64,000 nucleotides of DNA from NCBI GenBank assembly GCA_964234715.1, contig OZ174281.1; one strand, 5' to 3'. Source of the stretch: Podarcis melisellensis (lineage: Eukaryota). How positions within the stretch are numbered: position 1 is the first letter of the stretch; every line of letters begins with the position of its first letter. Below, piece after piece: positions 49,144 through 62,165 of the stretch. Both the position numbers and the translations under genes were made by a program. Under the pieces are notes generated by a model. That model searched no databases and was not told where the DNA came from. It saw only the letters and a list, made by a program, of their open reading frames with translations.

Positions 49144-50927
49144 GTGGGGGACACAATTAGTGATGGTATATTCTTGCAAAGTTTAGCTTCATTTAAGTCA
49201 TCTATGTGTGGGGCACTACTCTACAAGAAGTAAAATACTACGTTTTCTCGTAACAAGAAAAAAGAGACCTAACAATTTCCGAAGTGTTTCAGCCTCCTCT
49301 CTTAAACATACTTATTGCAGAGTAAGCCCCATTGTTCAACGTAGGACTACCCACGGTGGAAACATGCATAGGATTGTAATGTTGCTGTGTTATAAAAGGT
49401 CTGGCACTACACAGAATAACCTTCCCTATGCATTTTCATGCATTTTGTCGTTCAGATTTTGTCTCTGCTAAGCTTTTGGCTTGGTTTTGAATATTAAATA
49501 CTTCAATATAAAGTACCTGAACAGGTAACATAGGGCTTTCTTTTCTGTGTAGCGTGTATGACTTATACAACACCTGCACAAATAAGGTGACTTAGTTTAC
49601 AGAATTCTCTGTAAAAAGTGCTTCACTTACAAAGAAGAAAAGCAACTGCAACTAAAATAGTTTTACACTCAGTTGTTTATTTATTTTTTAACCTTGTCAT
49701 TCAGTACTATTATAAGGCCATTAAGATTAACAGCTCAAATGTGATTATTTTCTTTTAACCATAGATTAGACTGCCAGAATATAAACATATTTTTAGCTGA
49801 AACAAAAGTTTTCCCCAACTGTCTCGTTTTTATTTCGGATGAGAGAACAGTTATTGTTTTCTCACTCGCACAGACCCCTTTAAAAACATTATGCATAGCT
49901 GCTGCTATCACAGTAAAATTATTTACAGCATCAGATATCATTTAAAGAGATAGCTAAGGGGACTGTAGCTTCAGCGAGGAACTTTCTAGAAAGGAACCCT
50001 ATAAATTAGCCATTGCTCAGGAGTGGCTGTTTTCTAGTCAGGGCTGGTCCTTTCATTTGTCTACATAAGGCTAATTTATTTTTGCAGCCAGATGTGAGCT
50101 GACAGCCATCACTCAGAGTTTCCTTCCCCCACTGTTAGGAGGTCGGGAAAACAGTCACGTTTCCNNNNNNNNNNNNNNNNNNNNNNNNNNNNNNNNNNNN
50201 NNNNNNNNNNNNNNNNNNNNNNNNNNNNNNNNNNNNNNNNNNNNNNNNNNNNNNNNNNNNNNNNNNNNNNNNNNNNNNNNNNNNNNNNNNNNNNNNNNNN
50301 NNNNNNNNNNNNNNNNNNNNNNNNNNNNNNNNNNNNGGATCCATGAACTTTAATGGATGGATGCTTTTTCAAAGCTCCACTCACTACAGCATGATTTACT
50401 TTTCTTACAGAAAGGAAACAAGCATTTCAGTTTTAAAGGGCCAGCATGCCTCCTTGTCTCCTTTTGTGGATCCTTCATAGAAACATCAAAGGCTTACAGC
50501 TGAGACACAAATAGAGTGATTGAATATGAATTTTACATGTATGCAATTAATCCTAGCTTAAATATATCATCATAAGAGACATTAAATGAGGTGCACTCAA
50601 GGCTTTTGTTTGCTTGGGCCTTTAGTCACATGGCTGCTGAAGTGCTGCAGCCTAGCTGTATTCTGTATGAGATATCATGAAATTCTGGTAGCATTAAATA
50701 TAACCTGATAACCAGTGTGTCATATTGTGAAAGCTTTCTATATCAAATGGAGTCTAAATCATACAGTTGCACGTTGCTTGAAGAGTCCTATTGATATGAA
50801 CCAACTATTGACACTCAGTTGTCCAGCATGGCAGTACATCTTTTGATACATAAAATGTGGCAAAATGAAGAGTTTTTTTTAAAAAATAAACTAATTGTAT
50901 TGTGATTTTTTTGCAATGTATAGTAAA

Positions 50928-51286
50928 AAGTAAAGGTAAAGGTACCTACCCGAACGGGCCAGTCTTGACAGACTCTAGGGTTGTGCGCTCATCTCACTTA
51001 AGAGGCCGGGGGCCAGCGCTGTCCGCAGACACTTCCGGGTCACGTGGCCAGCGTGACAAACTGCATCTGGCGAGCCAGCACAGCACACAGAATGCCGTTT
51101 ACCTTCCTGGTAGTAAGCGGTCCTTATTTATCTATTTGCACCCGGGGGTGCTTTCGAACTGCTAGGTTGGCAGGCGCTGGGACCGAGCGACGGGAGCGCA
51201 CGCCGCCGCGGGGATTCGAACCGCCGACCTTTCGATCGGCAAGTCCTAGGCGCTGAGGCTTTTACCCACAGCGCCAGCCGCGTCCC
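50928..51286 (-). mobile_element. Full-length Sauria SINE (tRNA-derived)
   Basis: Minus strand starts GGGACGCGGCTGGCGCTGTGGG (A box), has GGTTCGAATCC (B box) and ends in an (ACCTTT)-type tail. Perfect 15-bp TSD gcaatgtatagtaaa at 50913-50927 and 51287-51301. Confidence 0.95.
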
Positions 51287-52602
51287 GCAATGTATAGTAA
51301 ATCATTCTTATTGCCATATGCCCATATGGTATTACTGCAAAAAAGAAAAAGAAAAAAAGAGAGAGGTCTGATCTGCGTGTAATGTTAAGTTGATAGCAAT
51401 TTGTGGTGTTTGAAAATTATGTTGGTTGATACTTAATCATTGCAGGGGGTTAGGATCATATCCTTGCTTCCCAGCCTCCTTTCCTATTCACTGTGAATTC
51501 TCATCATTCCGAACCATAATTTGCTGGTACATCCATATTGAAGTTAGCCATAGTTCCTAATTTGGAATTTGTAACCAGAGTGTCAAATGTTAGGTGGGAA
51601 TGTTTGCATTAACTGCAGTTAATGACACTGGATGGTGAACCATGGTTAAGCGCTGTGGGGAAAGGGTGGGGAAATCCATGCTTGAGAGGGGAGGACCTGG
51701 GGGGAAAGGGCATATAGTCCTACCACCTGCAGTCAATCCTATAACCATGGTTAAGGCCTGGCTTGTATTACATATATGCTGGTCTTGGAAGTACTTCCTC
51801 ACTTTTTCAGGTGAAGCTTGCAATGGTGCGTAAAGCATGTTGATGTAGTTCTGCTTCGAGTGTTGTTACCAACTCGTCGTTCTAGAACTTTTATTAAGTT
51901 CTCAACAACGTAATTTATATTTCAAAATGCAGTCGTTTTAAATTTTGCAATGTTGTTTGTGCTTAAAACTAATTTAACCTTTCTGTAAATATTTAGCTAA
52001 ATTGTAGAATATGAGCAATCTGGTGAACCAAAGAATAGCATGTATGGCATGAGTACAGATGGAGTAAAGAATGATTTCTGAAAATGAAGGCATCAGGGGA
52101 TCTTGATAATGTGATGCTGTGGACCCAGGAGAGGCTTGCTCTACTGATTGCTCTGGATGTTTTTTATGCTTCACAAAAATGGCTACTGTTGGGTTCATTA
52201 TGAGGCCTTCCAGATTTGGTTTTGATCAGATAAATTTTTTATATAAGAAATAAAATGGACATGAGGTAACTGGAGGGTGTCTCATCATGTTCTTCAGATT
52301 CCATTCTCCAGTTCGTAGAGATCAGCTTCTAGTTGTGTAATAGGCAGACATCTATTAGTGAGTAGTCTTTCTAAATAATAATCGTAAGCTACATTTTTGA
52401 CTATGCTGCTGTTGAATTAGTTCCATTTTACAGTTTACTGTTTTGATGATTTGATGTTCTTAATACATTTTGGTGACTGCTTTGAGTGAGTAACTTTTTT
52501 AGGACCAAAAATTCAGGATAGGAATGATCCTATCAATAATAAATGACTGGAAAACCCAACACTTCAGCATATACAGGCCGTAATAGGCATTGGAATATCT
52601 CC

Positions 52603-52802
52603 TTTTTAACCCTAAAAACAAGGTGTAAGCTTGGTTTTATGAGAAAGAATATAAAACATTAATGAAAGTTTTGTGCAAGCAGAATTAATTTTTTTCTAAC
52701 CTGAAAAACAAAACAAGGTGTAAGCTTAGTATTAAACTCAAAGTTAAAAGAGAGAGAAATAATATAAAACATTAATGAAAGTTTTGTGGAAGCAGAATTA
52801 AA
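52603..52802. repeat. Local tandem duplication (about 100-bp unit, two copies)
   Basis: aaaacaaggtgtaagctt and aatataaaacattaatgaaagttttgtg(c/g)aagcagaattaa each occur twice. Confidence 0.8.
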
Positions 52803-54044
52803 ATCAGCAACAAAAAAACAATCATGAGCATTTGTTTTAGAATGCTTATCAGTTCTGTTTATAACAAACGAAGAAAATCCATTATCTGCGACAATAAGGG
52901 GAATTTCCTTTTCCAAATGTTGATTTACTTGCAGAAGTGTGATCTTGCATTTAGATATTTTTGGCAACTAATGTTCCTCTCTGGTGTTTGACATTATAAT
53001 TTCAGGGATACCAGTCTGCATTCTGAGCAGTTTATAGCCTACTTCACAATGCAGTTACGATGAGGGGTTGGCATCTAAACTAATTTAGACACTTTCTCTG
53101 ATAGGGAACCCACAGATAGCACGATCTACAACTCACTTAAGCCAATGTTATTTGATTTTAGCCTATATGCTCCAGTATTTAATACATTTTGGAAATAATA
53201 GCATTGAGTTTAATATGCTCATAATTGTGTCCACCTATGGCAATTACAGGGGAAATGGCAATCTGGTTGTGGTGGCATGTTGCCAAAGGCTGAGTTCAGC
53301 ACATGGTGACAGGTGCACACAACCAGCTTGGATAAAATAGCCACTAGGCTTTTTCACTGCCACCAGATGTAATAGTTCTGACAATGACCACGGTCTCTGT
53401 AAGTGTGTTTAGGGTGCAGCCTGGTCTTAGACATGCTACTTGCTTTGAAGTCAGTTCCATAGACGTCGAAGAGAATTCCAAGCACATATGTTTAGGATCA
53501 AGATTAGTCCTATTCAGTACAAATAAATTGGCTTAAATCCTAATACTTTGGCTTAAAATTAAATGGAGTTGTGGTTTGGGTTGTCAGCCCATTCTAGACC
53601 TATAAACGTGGTTGAATTTGCATGAGGGTTATTTTTCTCCCGACCTGGAAGCATGCAACATGTTTACAAACAGGAAGCAGTTCATTATATTCATATTTAT
53701 CACAACATCTGTAATGTCGACCAGGGGTCAAGTCATTACACTAAATTTATTGTAACCATTATTAATGCATGTAGGCTTGCGCCTCAGTTATGATATAAGA
53801 CTGCTGTTTCCTGATTAAAAGCTGTTTGGCAATGCCGAGATAGCATACAGATTCTCCCTGCCTCATGATGACTGACAGCAGCTTCTGGTATTCTTCTTTT
53901 TTCTGGCAGTGGAGTATATTAATATGAACACACCTTGCAGAGTAGGCTCAGAGCTGCAAGAAGTATAGAATGCAGAAAACTCTAATTTCAGCAGGCACAA
54001 CTGTGCCTCCATAAGGTAGCCAAATTTATCACGGCACATTACAG

Positions 54045-54300
54045 AATGCAGCAAATGTCATGAAAGCCATTGTTTTTTAATTTTTTTCCCTGGGTGTCTG
54101 AATGAGGTGATTTATGGTAGTTATCCATCTTAAGGGTCATCTATCAATTTTTAGTTGCTAGGCAATCAAACTAGCAGCTGTTTGCTTTGAATCAAGCTGA
54201 AAAGTTGTCAGTCATCGCATGCAGGTATGACCTTAGTGGTTAAATGCATTACCATGCATGCAAAATTAAAAGAAACAATGTCCTCCATTTCACCCATCAT
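54045..54300. promoter_or_regulatory. Candidate HOX-PBX enhancer
   Basis: TGATTTATGG at 54108-54117, TGATAGAT on the minus strand at 54139-54146, TGTCA TALE half-sites at about 54056 and 54206. Confidence 0.5.
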
Positions 54301-55120
54301 GTATGGCATATTGTAAGGCTTAATGATAAATGTAGTACAAAATGAAGTGGTGAAAAAGGAGTTTGTGAGCACAACATACTAGACAATACCTTCTGTTTTC
54401 CTCCCAAAATAGCTAGTTATATCTTTTCTGCATGGAACGTTGTTTTCCCTGTTATCCCTTTCCTTTCTAAGAAGTGTTCATTTTGAAGACAGCGACAAAA
54501 GGGAGACAAGGTCATCTTCTAAGATACAAATTCTTAGGATGGTGGAACCTCCCTACTATTCCAGCAGAAATTTTGCTCTTACATTGCAGTTTTCAGGGAC
54601 CTTAAACATTGCATTGACACAAATGTTTAGCATTGGGGAAGTCATATTCTATTAATGAAAACTAGGTTACCGTGGCTGCGATCCTAAACACACTTACTAG
54701 CAATAAATTCCAATGAGGTACGTGGAACTTTCTACTGGGTAAACATACTTGAGATTTCAGTGTGTCCATGTGTGTCTCCTGCAGTCAGCTTGCTCATGTT
54801 ATCTTGAGAGGATAAATATAAGAAAGAGAAAAACTATTGTGCAAGCCATACTCGGGCTTTGTAAGCAGATGATTCTAGTGACAGCACCACACGGCGATCA
54901 TTTTTGAAGCGTTCACATTCTGCTCAACTACTGCTTGTTAGTATCCGGATATACTAATGCCCTGCTATTAGTATACAAAGTGCTTTACAATCTTTTATAC
55001 CATCTGTCCTTGTAACAAATTGTGAGGTAGGTCTTTAACATTCCTGTTTTGCAGAAGGAGCACTGAGGTCGAAGGATAGTGATTTAAAACAGAAGTATGT
55101 GTGGTACAGTGCTTGCTACT

Positions 55121-55332
55121 GACTAAGCATCAGGAAGAACTTTCTGACAGTAGGAGCTGTTCGACGGTGAAACGGTCTCCCTCGGGAGGGAACGGACTCT
55201 TTTTCTTGGAGGTTTTTAAGCAGAGATTATGCGGCCATCTGCCATATATGATTTAGATGAGATTCCAGCATTGCAGAGGGTTGAGCTAGATGACCCTTGG
55301 GGTTCCTTCCAGAACTGCAGTTCTATGATTCT
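55121..55332 (+). mobile_element. CR1 LINE 3' end (5'-truncated)
   Basis: catcaggaagaactttctgacagtaggagctgtt...ggaggtttttaagcagag...gggttgagctagatgacccttggggttccttcc...ttctatgattct; typical CR1 ORF2 end, 3' UTR and ATTCTATG-type tail. Confidence 0.88.
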
Positions 55333-56944
55333 TTGAAAGGAAGTCATCACCACTTCTTTATATTGCAATCTATACACAATTTTGTGTCTGCCTGGTCAAC
55401 TGCTGACATCCTCCAAAATACGGAAAAATAAATAAAACGAAAGCCTCAAGAGAGTGTATCTGCTTTTGAAAATCTAAACAACCCAGCCTACCCTGGAAAT
55501 ATTATACAGGGTTTGATTCAGAGGATTCCGGACAGCATTTGAAGAGAATTGATTTGCAGATGGCTTCAGCAAGGAGGGCAAAGCTGTGTTTAAATGATCC
55601 TTCAATGTAAGAATTTAGACCAGTGTCAGAAAAGTTCACATCCTGTACGTTCTAGTTAATAAGAAATGGCATCCACAACAATAATTTTGTACACCCCTCG
55701 CACCCCCCCCCCCGGCTGTTGAAGAAAGAACTTCTCTGAGTTGTCAAGAAGCTTCATAGAAGAAAAGGGAGAGAAGCTTTTAACCATGTGTACTGTGCAT
55801 TTGTGACACCGTATTTATTTTGAGTTGTTTTGGGCACGGTTCACCATGGAAAAGTGACATATAAATTAAACTGAACTAAACTAAAAATATGCTTCTTGAA
55901 ATTGCTTGAACTTGAAGCATTATGTGCAGCTCTGTGTATCAGATAAATCAGCAGTAAAACTCTGACCTGTGACATACTCCTGAGAGTTCTTGCCAAAACA
56001 CTACTGCAGTGATTCTACTGGATACAACACTGCTTTCAGTAGATGCACTCTATCTTGATCAACAGTTCTAAACAGGACAAGGGCTCAGCAGCCTTGACAA
56101 TTTTGTTCTCTTTTTGGTTCGTAGCTTCAGCTGACTGCATATAGGCAGAGCATTCCAAAGGTGGTGATGGTAGATTCTCTTACACAGAAACTGTCATTAC
56201 TTAAAACCTGCTGGCTCGGTCCAGCCAGGGCAAAAGGCATTGTGGGCAGGGGAGTTATTTCCTTCTCCTAAAATTCAGACTTCATTTTGTTAAGAGTCCT
56301 GGGAATTGTAGCTTTGTGGGGGGGGGGTAAACTACAGTTCGCAGGATTCTGTGTGGGGAAACCATGACTATTAAATTGTTTTAAATGTGCTTTAAATGTG
56401 TGCTATAGGTGTAACACAATTTGCTCGCCTCTGTTGAAGTAGGAAATATGGATTTAAAAAGCCCACACAACACATTTGGGAACTATGCACACTTTTGAGG
56501 AAACTGATGCAAAGTTTTACTGGTGATAAAACCCTTGTGCTTCTTTAAAACAATTACCAATTTTAAATTATTATTATTATACTATTTTCACATAGGTTTA
56601 TAAAACCAAACATAGCATAAACATGGAAAGTAAGAATAAAGTAAGAATAAAAAAATAATTAGAGCCTTTACATAAAATAAGGATTAGTGAAAATCTACAG
56701 CACATGCGTGGAAGCTAGTGCCATGCATACAAATAAATCAAATGATAGACCCATGATAAATAACGCATGGCCTGGTAATCACTTTCCATAGTGAACTAGA
56801 AAGCTTCACCAGACATTGAGATTACTAGTCTTTGCTGTGAATATATAATTTTATATTTTCCCGGCTTTGCTGGTGGTCTATCCATACTTTTGATAAGTGT
56901 GATTGATGAGACAACTAGGTAGGCAGAAAAGTTTAGCCTTGTGG

Positions 56945-57090
56945 TAACAAGACCATGGATTATCTGGTCCAGTATTCTGTTTTCTCAGTGTCTAATGAGA
57001 TTCCAGTGGGAAGCTCACAAGAAGGACCTGACGGCAACATCACCCTCCCCACTTGAGCTCCCCAGTAACTAGTATTCAGAAGCTTGCTGC
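56945..57090 (-). mobile_element. Degraded CR1 3' fragment related to 2995-3197
   Basis: Shared motifs atctggtccagtattctg, gggaagctcacaag, cccagtaactagtattcaga. Confidence 0.45.
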
Positions 57091-57756
57091 AGTTGCCTAG
57101 GTCATTATGTTTTCAGCTGTGCAGAATCTAACTTGACAAGCTAGTGACAATCTGTACTGTGTGTAGGAGTTTTGGGTGCTTGCAAAAGTGTGTTTTGCTT
57201 TTCCACTTTCCCCACTGATGTGGTGAGAGCTAGTTTGTGCAAGTGTACTTCCTTTGTTGAAAAGATGCTATGGATGTGCCCCAAAGTCTCAGTGTCTCCC
57301 ACTCCAACTCTACTGCAGAGGAAGTCACAGGTTTGATATAACTCCCAAGAGTAATGAAAGGGTGGTTGGCAACCATGGATTTGATGCTGCTCGGTTTGTA
57401 GTTTGTGACACAGAATTTCCGCTTGAGGTATTTTTATTTTTCTTATTTTTTGCTATAAGCCGCTTCAACTTTTTCTTGGCTCTCGGCTCCTGGTTGTCAT
57501 TTTGCTGCTTGAAGGAGGCAGGGTTTTGTTTTCATTTTTTCTTTCTTTCAAAGCATTGAATACCACAACACTGCTTCATCTGGCTAGCAATTCTCTTTTG
57601 TAGTCTTGGACTGGGGTGGTTAGCACTAGTAAGGGGTATAATGTTTATTGCGGAATACATTGAAGGCAAACCTCTATAATGGCTGGAGTTTGGTCTATAT
57701 ATCTATATGAGTGACTTATAGACTACTTGATCACAATAGGTCAGGTTTCAATGATA

Positions 57757-57892
57757 TGGCTTTTTTTTCCAGCTGGAGCTCACTGGATCTCAGCTCCAGC
57801 TCTTGTCACGTGGGCGCCATTGCCATTTAAGAAAATAAGGGAGAAGTTCATGGTGAGTTCCAAGCACCTATTTTTCTAGAAAAATCGCACTG
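57757..57892. mobile_element. Short hAT-like MITE remnant
   Basis: Imperfect inverted ends (gcttttttttcc ... agaaaaatcgcactg) and internal gagctc repeats. Confidence 0.4.
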
Positions 57893-60800
57893 CTGATATT
57901 AATCCCTGTCCTCAAGGGCTCAAAGCTAAAGGGTAGCAAGGAGTTGTAAGAAAGATAAGATCCCAAAATAGCTTATATCAACATAATAAAAATTAATAAG
58001 AGCCATGTTCTATCATTCCCTCTCTCTTGTATCTGATTCATCTCACTCAGGAGCCACCAGGCTCACACCTCACACTTTGGAACAGTGTTTTCCCACAAGG
58101 AACCTCTTTAGGGTAAGTTGGGGAGGTAGTACTGTTGGATGTGGGCATTGTCATTCCATATTAATTCAAAAAAATCAATAAAATATTGTTGTTTTAAAAA
58201 AAAGAGTAGTCAGTGTGGTGACAGCCAGGTGTTGCTGAACTATGAATCTTATCAGCCCAGTCCAGTATGGCCAGTGGTTGGAGATCAAGCAAGTTGTGGT
58301 CTAACAATATATGGAGGGCACTGTTTGCTTCTACTGAACTAGCTGATATTCCTTTTTCTCTACCTTCTCTTCTTCACCATATTTTTGTTCAGCAAGGAGC
58401 TGAAACTTCTTCTTCCAACCCAGTTGCAGTCACTCAGCCCAATGCTCAACCTTCATGGTTTTCAACTTCTTTAATTCTACCAGAGCTGGGAATTGTCTGC
58501 TATCAAATGCATGTCTTTCAACACAGAAATCACAGAGCTTACAAAAGAGGTCTCTGTACATCTTTATCTGTTTTGTTTTGTTTGTTTTGTTTTGTTTGAG
58601 AGTACAAAACTAATTTCCAAAGCAATCTGAATATTTTTTCAGCCTGGAAGTAATGTTTTATGTAACAGATGGGGCATACTATTTTTGAGGTGGAATGCCA
58701 GACAAAGGAGATGAGTTTCTATTCTGGATGACCAAAGCTCTCTCCAGAGATTGGGTAGGAAAGGAAGGGGAGGAGGAAAATACAAGAAGGGGTTGAACTA
58801 TAGCTGATGCTTCTGTATAAGCTTTCTGCAGTTATTTGAGACTGGACACTTGTAAACTTTGTTTGTCATGTGAGAGTAACTAATTCCGCTGCAACGTTTG
58901 GCAAACAGAAAAACGTTTGTTTTCCGTTTTGTTCGTTTATCAAATTTGTTCCACCAGAGAAGTCAAGCCAGCATACACAGAGTTATCCCTGTGTTTTTAT
59001 TAAAATTGGTAAATTATGACAGAAAAGGAAATCATTTGCATGCAGACAAACGGAAATAATGGAAAAAGCCCCTCTAAAATAATATGTAGCATAAGATCAA
59101 GCAAGAGAAGACACAATTACAATATTTTCGTTTGGTGAGTCCGTACGTGAATTCCTTAGTTATCTCATTTCATCTTTCCAACAACCATCTGAGGCAGGCT
59201 ACTCTGAAAGAGGAAGTACGTTCAAAAGGTATGGCAATAATCGTTAGGATAGATAGCTTTAATAAAGCACTATGAGAACTCAGGAAGGAGAAGTATTTCA
59301 ATCTGGTGGTGCCGTCCCCCTAGAATTTAAAACCTCTTGGGTAAGTGGGGAGTATGTGACACCGGTGTGAAAAGTGGGATTGTGTTCCCTTGAGAGAAAA
59401 TGAGAACTGATGTGATTGAATGTAAGAAATAGCAGCAGATGGTGGAAACCAGTTGGTGATCTTGTTCTCCCTGAAGGGCTTCTGTTTCAGCTAACAGAAG
59501 GGGAAAGCAGACAGCTTTTGCAGATTTCCCCTCCCCTGTGCAGTTGCCAGCACCCCCTAAAAACTGAATTGAGGAACCTTCCAGAACAGGGTTGAAGGTG
59601 GCATGGAGATATGGAGGGAAAAAGGAGAACTGGCAAAAACGCCCTCCCCTCCCTTTTTATTAGCAGAGGTGTCCACTGGATCAAAAGCCATGGTATCCAC
59701 TGGATCAAAAGTGACAGGGCACTAATTGATTTCTCACAATACTCTAGGTACAAAAGCTTCAGAAGAAGTTTATAGAAAACCTTAAAGTAAACCTGAAGAA
59801 GTCTGTGCAAGAGCAAGTTAGATAACCAGCTATGAGGCATGAAGGCTAACCCCAAAGCCGGTGGAGTGCTGTAGTCAATAGCCGAGAATCGAAACAAGGG
59901 GACACTAGAAACTGGTAGTTTTGAGGAGACATCGACAGATGAAGTAAATGGTGTGTGTTGGTTGAAGATGAAGCATCATCTTGGAGTTCAGGATCTGTCT
60001 AGTGCAGAGTGGCAGATACTCTGTTCCTTGCTTCCATTTATGGTTGTAATGTTAAGGGAACCCTGTCTGTGTTTTATACATTCCAGTTCACCAGAGTCAG
60101 GAGCAGTTCCAGTCTAGGCTCAGGAGCTCTTGATATGGGACCTGAGGCATTTGAAGAGAGATTTCTGGTGGGCTTTTCCCATGTCCTATATGTGTGTGTT
60201 AGAGTTTGTTCCAATTAAAGTCATTTTGTCACCATCAGTCGAGTAAAGAGTTGATCTTACAGTGGTATGCTTGCATATTGCAAATAAATTAGGGCCCCTC
60301 CGGGCATCTTTCTCTTTCATAATGACTTGTGTGCATGATGATATTGGGATGGCTATACACGATCTTGCTTTCAATATTGCGCCTGCAAACGTTTCAGGAC
60401 AGACATAGCTCTTCATTTCCAAACAGTGCGTGTCCCATAGCTTTCTGCTGAAATCCTGTTACAAATGTAACATGTTTGTTTGCTCCTTCTTTTGTTGCAC
60501 TGTAGTGCAGGTGTGTCCCTCCAAACAGCAATAATGTGCTAACGTTGCGGAAGCATTACAGAAACACTAATGAAATGGAAAGATGTATGGATGGTCCAGT
60601 ATAAATCCACCTGTAATACACCAATGACATGGCAGATTATACACACACACAAACAAAAAAACAAGCCAAACAAAACCAGCTTGGAGCCCCCCCCCCCCGA
60701 CAATACAAAGACAGCCTAATTTCCCCAATGCTCTCTCATCCAAACTAAATCTGTTATCATTGTCCTCTGGAATAGCTCATGCCTAGTGGAAGAACAGACC

Positions 60801-62165
60801 ATGTAACAGTGTGTTTTCTTGTGCTTTTCGATCTTTAAAAAATGTATTTCACTGTGTTGTAGTAGAAAGGATTTTGTGGGTGCTTCCAAACACAGACATT
60901 TAAAAGATGCCCTGAATTGGTGTGCCTTACTGCTGCAAGCCACGTGGAGATTCCTTCTAATGCAAAAAGATTAGCAGGATCAATCCAAGGGGTACAGGCC
61001 AGATCAGAAATTGTAGCATTAAAGCATACACTAGTACGTCTTCCTTAGATATTCATTTTCTGTTTTAGTGCCGCAGGCATTGGAAAACTTCCACCTAGAC
61101 ACAGCCTGAGAGTCTGATTTGAGTGTTTGAGATGAACTTTACTTAGGTTATAAATTTCTTTTCCACGGATAAACGTTTCTCGGCATTGACATGCTCCCCC
61201 CCCCCCTTTTATGAACTTCAACCACTTCTTCTGTTTTAAAATTAATTACTAGTCCAGCTGTTTTAAAATTAGCTACAAATGATCAAAGCATTCTGTGGTT
61301 TTTCTTGGATCATGGAAATAAATAAATTGGATAGTGTCAAGCACTGAAAATGGACAGGCAATCAAAAGTCAAATTCAGTAGAAAATACAGGTGAAAATAA
61401 CTAAACAGTGATCACGAAGAACAATGTGTCATTGCTATCAAAATACTGAAATGTGAAAGAGGAAAGTTGCTCACAACTCTGGTACAAAATGTCATGTTGC
61501 TGTGATCATTTTATTTACTTGGTTGTAAACTTTTGATAAATTACATCAGCCAAATGGAATATTTACTTTCAGAAACTGATGACTTTATTTCCTGAGAGTG
61601 TGTGACCTCTCATGCATGTATGTAGAGCAGGCTATTGTTTTTCTCTGGTAAAGTTAGTTTTCTCAGTCTATTTTGCTAAGAGAAGTGAACTTCACATAAG
61701 CCGCCTGCTTAGGTGGATACTTAATGGTGGTCATACCACTATGACAAAATCTTGTTGTAAGTGATTATTACATGACAAAGCAGTAAAGCAGTTTATTACT
61801 AGAAGTTGTGAATTATATTCATTGTGTTGTGTTTGAGTAGCATTCTTTTGGCATAATGTGCTCAGCTCTCAACCAGTAATCTGAGAACGGACCTATATAT
61901 GGCCAATAGAACTAAGTTACCATTAATACTCTTTGTATTAACTTGTCGGAGAGCATATTCTCTTCCAGTGCATATGGTTTATCATTGATAATTTTACTTA
62001 CATGTTGACTTCCAGTGCAGTAAAATTACTGCCTGCAGGCCCAGTTACAGACCACAAATGACTAGAGAATAAATAATATTGCTAGTATGATAATCTCTTA
62101 CAGTTGGTATTTGGCTTTCCTGTGATATAGCAGCAGTGGAAGTTTCTGTTAGCAGGATTCAAGTA

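Noticed and set aside
51200-51286. tRNA-like A/B boxes (GGTTCGAATCC)
   Set aside because: Head of the Sauria SINE, not a tRNA gene; no cloverleaf, and flanked by SINE body and TSD.
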